Positions 59,989 through 64,000 of a stretch of DNA of 64,000 nt are shown piece by piece (position 1 is the stretch's first letter; every line of letters begins with the position of its first letter). The position numbers and the translations under genes are program-made. The stretch covers positions 832,001 to 896,000 of the forward strand of contig CM000430.1 of the NCBI GenBank assembly GCA_000165345.1, read 5' to 3'. The notes under the pieces were generated by a model. That model ran no database searches and had not been told where the DNA came from. It saw only the letters and a program-made list of their open reading frames with translations.

Positions 59989-61589
59989 AGATTTTAAATA
60001 AAAAAAAAATTACAGTTCAACAAGGAATTGTTATTCTTTTATTTGAGAAAAAAACTTTTTATTCAATGATTGAAAACAGCTTTTAAATCCAAAATAGAAT
60101 AGAAATACTTATTGGAAATGGATAACACTTTTTATCTAAAAAAAAATTCTACCTTTAAAAAAAAATAATAAACCAATAAGTTACAATTTTAATAGCACTC
60201 ACTCTTATGGTATTCTTAATTTATTATTCAGTATTCTGAGTGATAGTGTATCAGTTTTAGGAAATAATAAAGTATTCATTCATTATTAAAGAAAAAAAAA
60301 GTCTGAACATTAGTAAAACAAGATGATAATTTTCTAAAATTTATCAACAAAGTATTAATCAACCCATTGTTTTACATTATATTGATTTAACAAAAGCACC
60401 ATAATAAATTATAATCAAACTGTAAACTATTTACTTAATTGCATGCTTTTTTTTTCTATTGAAATAAAAATCACATATTATTTATTTTCACTTATACTTT
60501 ACCGCCAAAACCCCATTTTATTATTTATATATATTACCCATTCAACAAAAATTAAAACGAACCCGCCATAGTAGGCAAGACGCGGTACGCAGGGAAATTA
60601 TTAAATAATAAAGGTATCGGGTACTTATAACATGTATTGGTAAATTAATTATATGTATTAAAAAACAAATATATATTTTCATTTATTTTTGCAAATATAT
60701 TATATATTCGCAAATAGTAACCTATCATATACATTAATTCTTTATTTATTTAATAAAATCAAATCATATAATCTAAATTTTTGGCTATACATTAATTTAA
60801 CTAAATAATAACTTTACGTCTGGCGTCTATCAATTAAATTGTTTATTAAATAAATTGGTATTTAAAACTAAAAGAAATAAACGTATACGTGGAAATATAT
60901 TAAACAATAAGTTAATTTAAATAGTAAATTAATTTGCGAGGCAAATAATATATGTACGTGCACCAGTCAATAGCCTACAAAATATAAGAGCTAAGTACAT
61001 GGTACTTTGCAGTGCGCATATGTATATCCATGTAAACTAAATTTTATATTATATGTTTGGAAATTTGTCTGTTTTTTTTTTTTTTGTAATTTAGAGAATA
61101 AGTTTTAGAAGACTATTTATTATATATAAACAACAAGAGGCGAGAATCGAAGTATTTTGTAAGAAAACTATTACAGAAAATATTAAGGTACCTAGCAAAG
61201 TAAAAAGGTTATAAATTATTCAAGTTTTTCATACAAATTACTGCCTATATACATATATATTTTTATTATTTTTATTAATTTACCATATATTATTATATAA
61301 ACTTGAAGGTATATTCTCAAATAGTAAGCTCGCAAATCCATATTAAGAAATACATTTCAAAATTGATGTATATATTTTGAATATTAATAAAATAGGTAAC
61401 ATATAATAATATTTGGATATATTTTCTTAATCACAAGTTTTTTTGGTCCATTAACAAAAGTTTAATTAGTATTACAAACACTAATCCTAATTTATAAGGG
61501 AAAATCAGAGCAAAAGAACATACTACAGGAATTGTATACTTTGTATATTTGTATTTAACAATCAACAAATTTATGTGTTTATAAAGTTT

Positions 61590-61794
<205 letters not shown>

Positions 61795-61936
61795 CTATTA
61801 AGAAGGAACTAAATATACTTTAACGCTAAGAATATTATTAATAACTAGCATTTGGATCTAAAGCTAGGGGATCTGTTGTTAGGCCAGATACTATATAATC
61901 TTTCATTTATTGCTTTATTATTAATTATTGGAAAAG

Positions 61937-63697
<1,761 letters not shown>

Positions 63698-64000
63698 ATG
63701 ATAATTTCAATAAAAATTATTAAAAGGGTAAATATGTGGCTTTATTTTTATGGCTTCAAACAACTATTGGCTAAAAAGTGAAACCTCTACTTTAGAACTA
63801 TTTTATTATAATTGCCTCAGATTGTTGGGATGTATAGTATTATTAGTTATTTACAAAAGAGTTAGGTGTTTTACTTTGCAAGTTGCTTTTGAGATAAAAC
63901 TCAAACAATATGAACATCTCAGGGCTTCTTTAATTTTTTTTTAAATTGTTTTGGGATTTTTTTTGTTTTAATTATTTACTTTCTCCATTAACTTTTCTTG

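Overview
This is an AT-rich, gene-dense protist nuclear chromosome segment, not a prokaryotic or phage sequence. Long intron-poor ORFs with poly-N/Q/S/T tracts are separated by short intergenic regions. Those regions are packed with GGCGCC / TTTCCCGCC (E2F-like) and TGCATG(CA) motifs, a signature I recognise from Cryptosporidium (parvum/hominis-like). I call about 28 protein-coding genes. Several are confidently identifiable housekeeping genes: deoxyhypusine synthase, EF-1 beta, V-ATPase subunit H, eIF4G, an ABCC-type transporter, a CDK-related kinase, sedlin, ERH, a two-RRM hnRNP-like protein, a SHAQKYF Myb, a NIF/FCP1-like phosphatase, a RAD51-paralog-like ATPase and a B-box protein. There is a set of signal-peptide proteins, including a spliced His/Thr-rich mucin-like glycoprotein. 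At least nine genes are spliced with canonical GTAAGT...AG introns. Four of these (ERH, the RRM protein, a FABP-like fusion and a small secreted protein) are absent or badly fragmented in the ORF track. Five ORF-track starts are alternative codons (TTG/GTG), which I corrected to the first ATG. I found no tRNA, rRNA, transposon, CRISPR or telomere. The interesting material is the unrecognised spliced genes, promoter-type motifs inside putative introns and tail-to-tail regions, length-variable coding repeats, and a 1.9 kb gene-free region with a GC-rich island.
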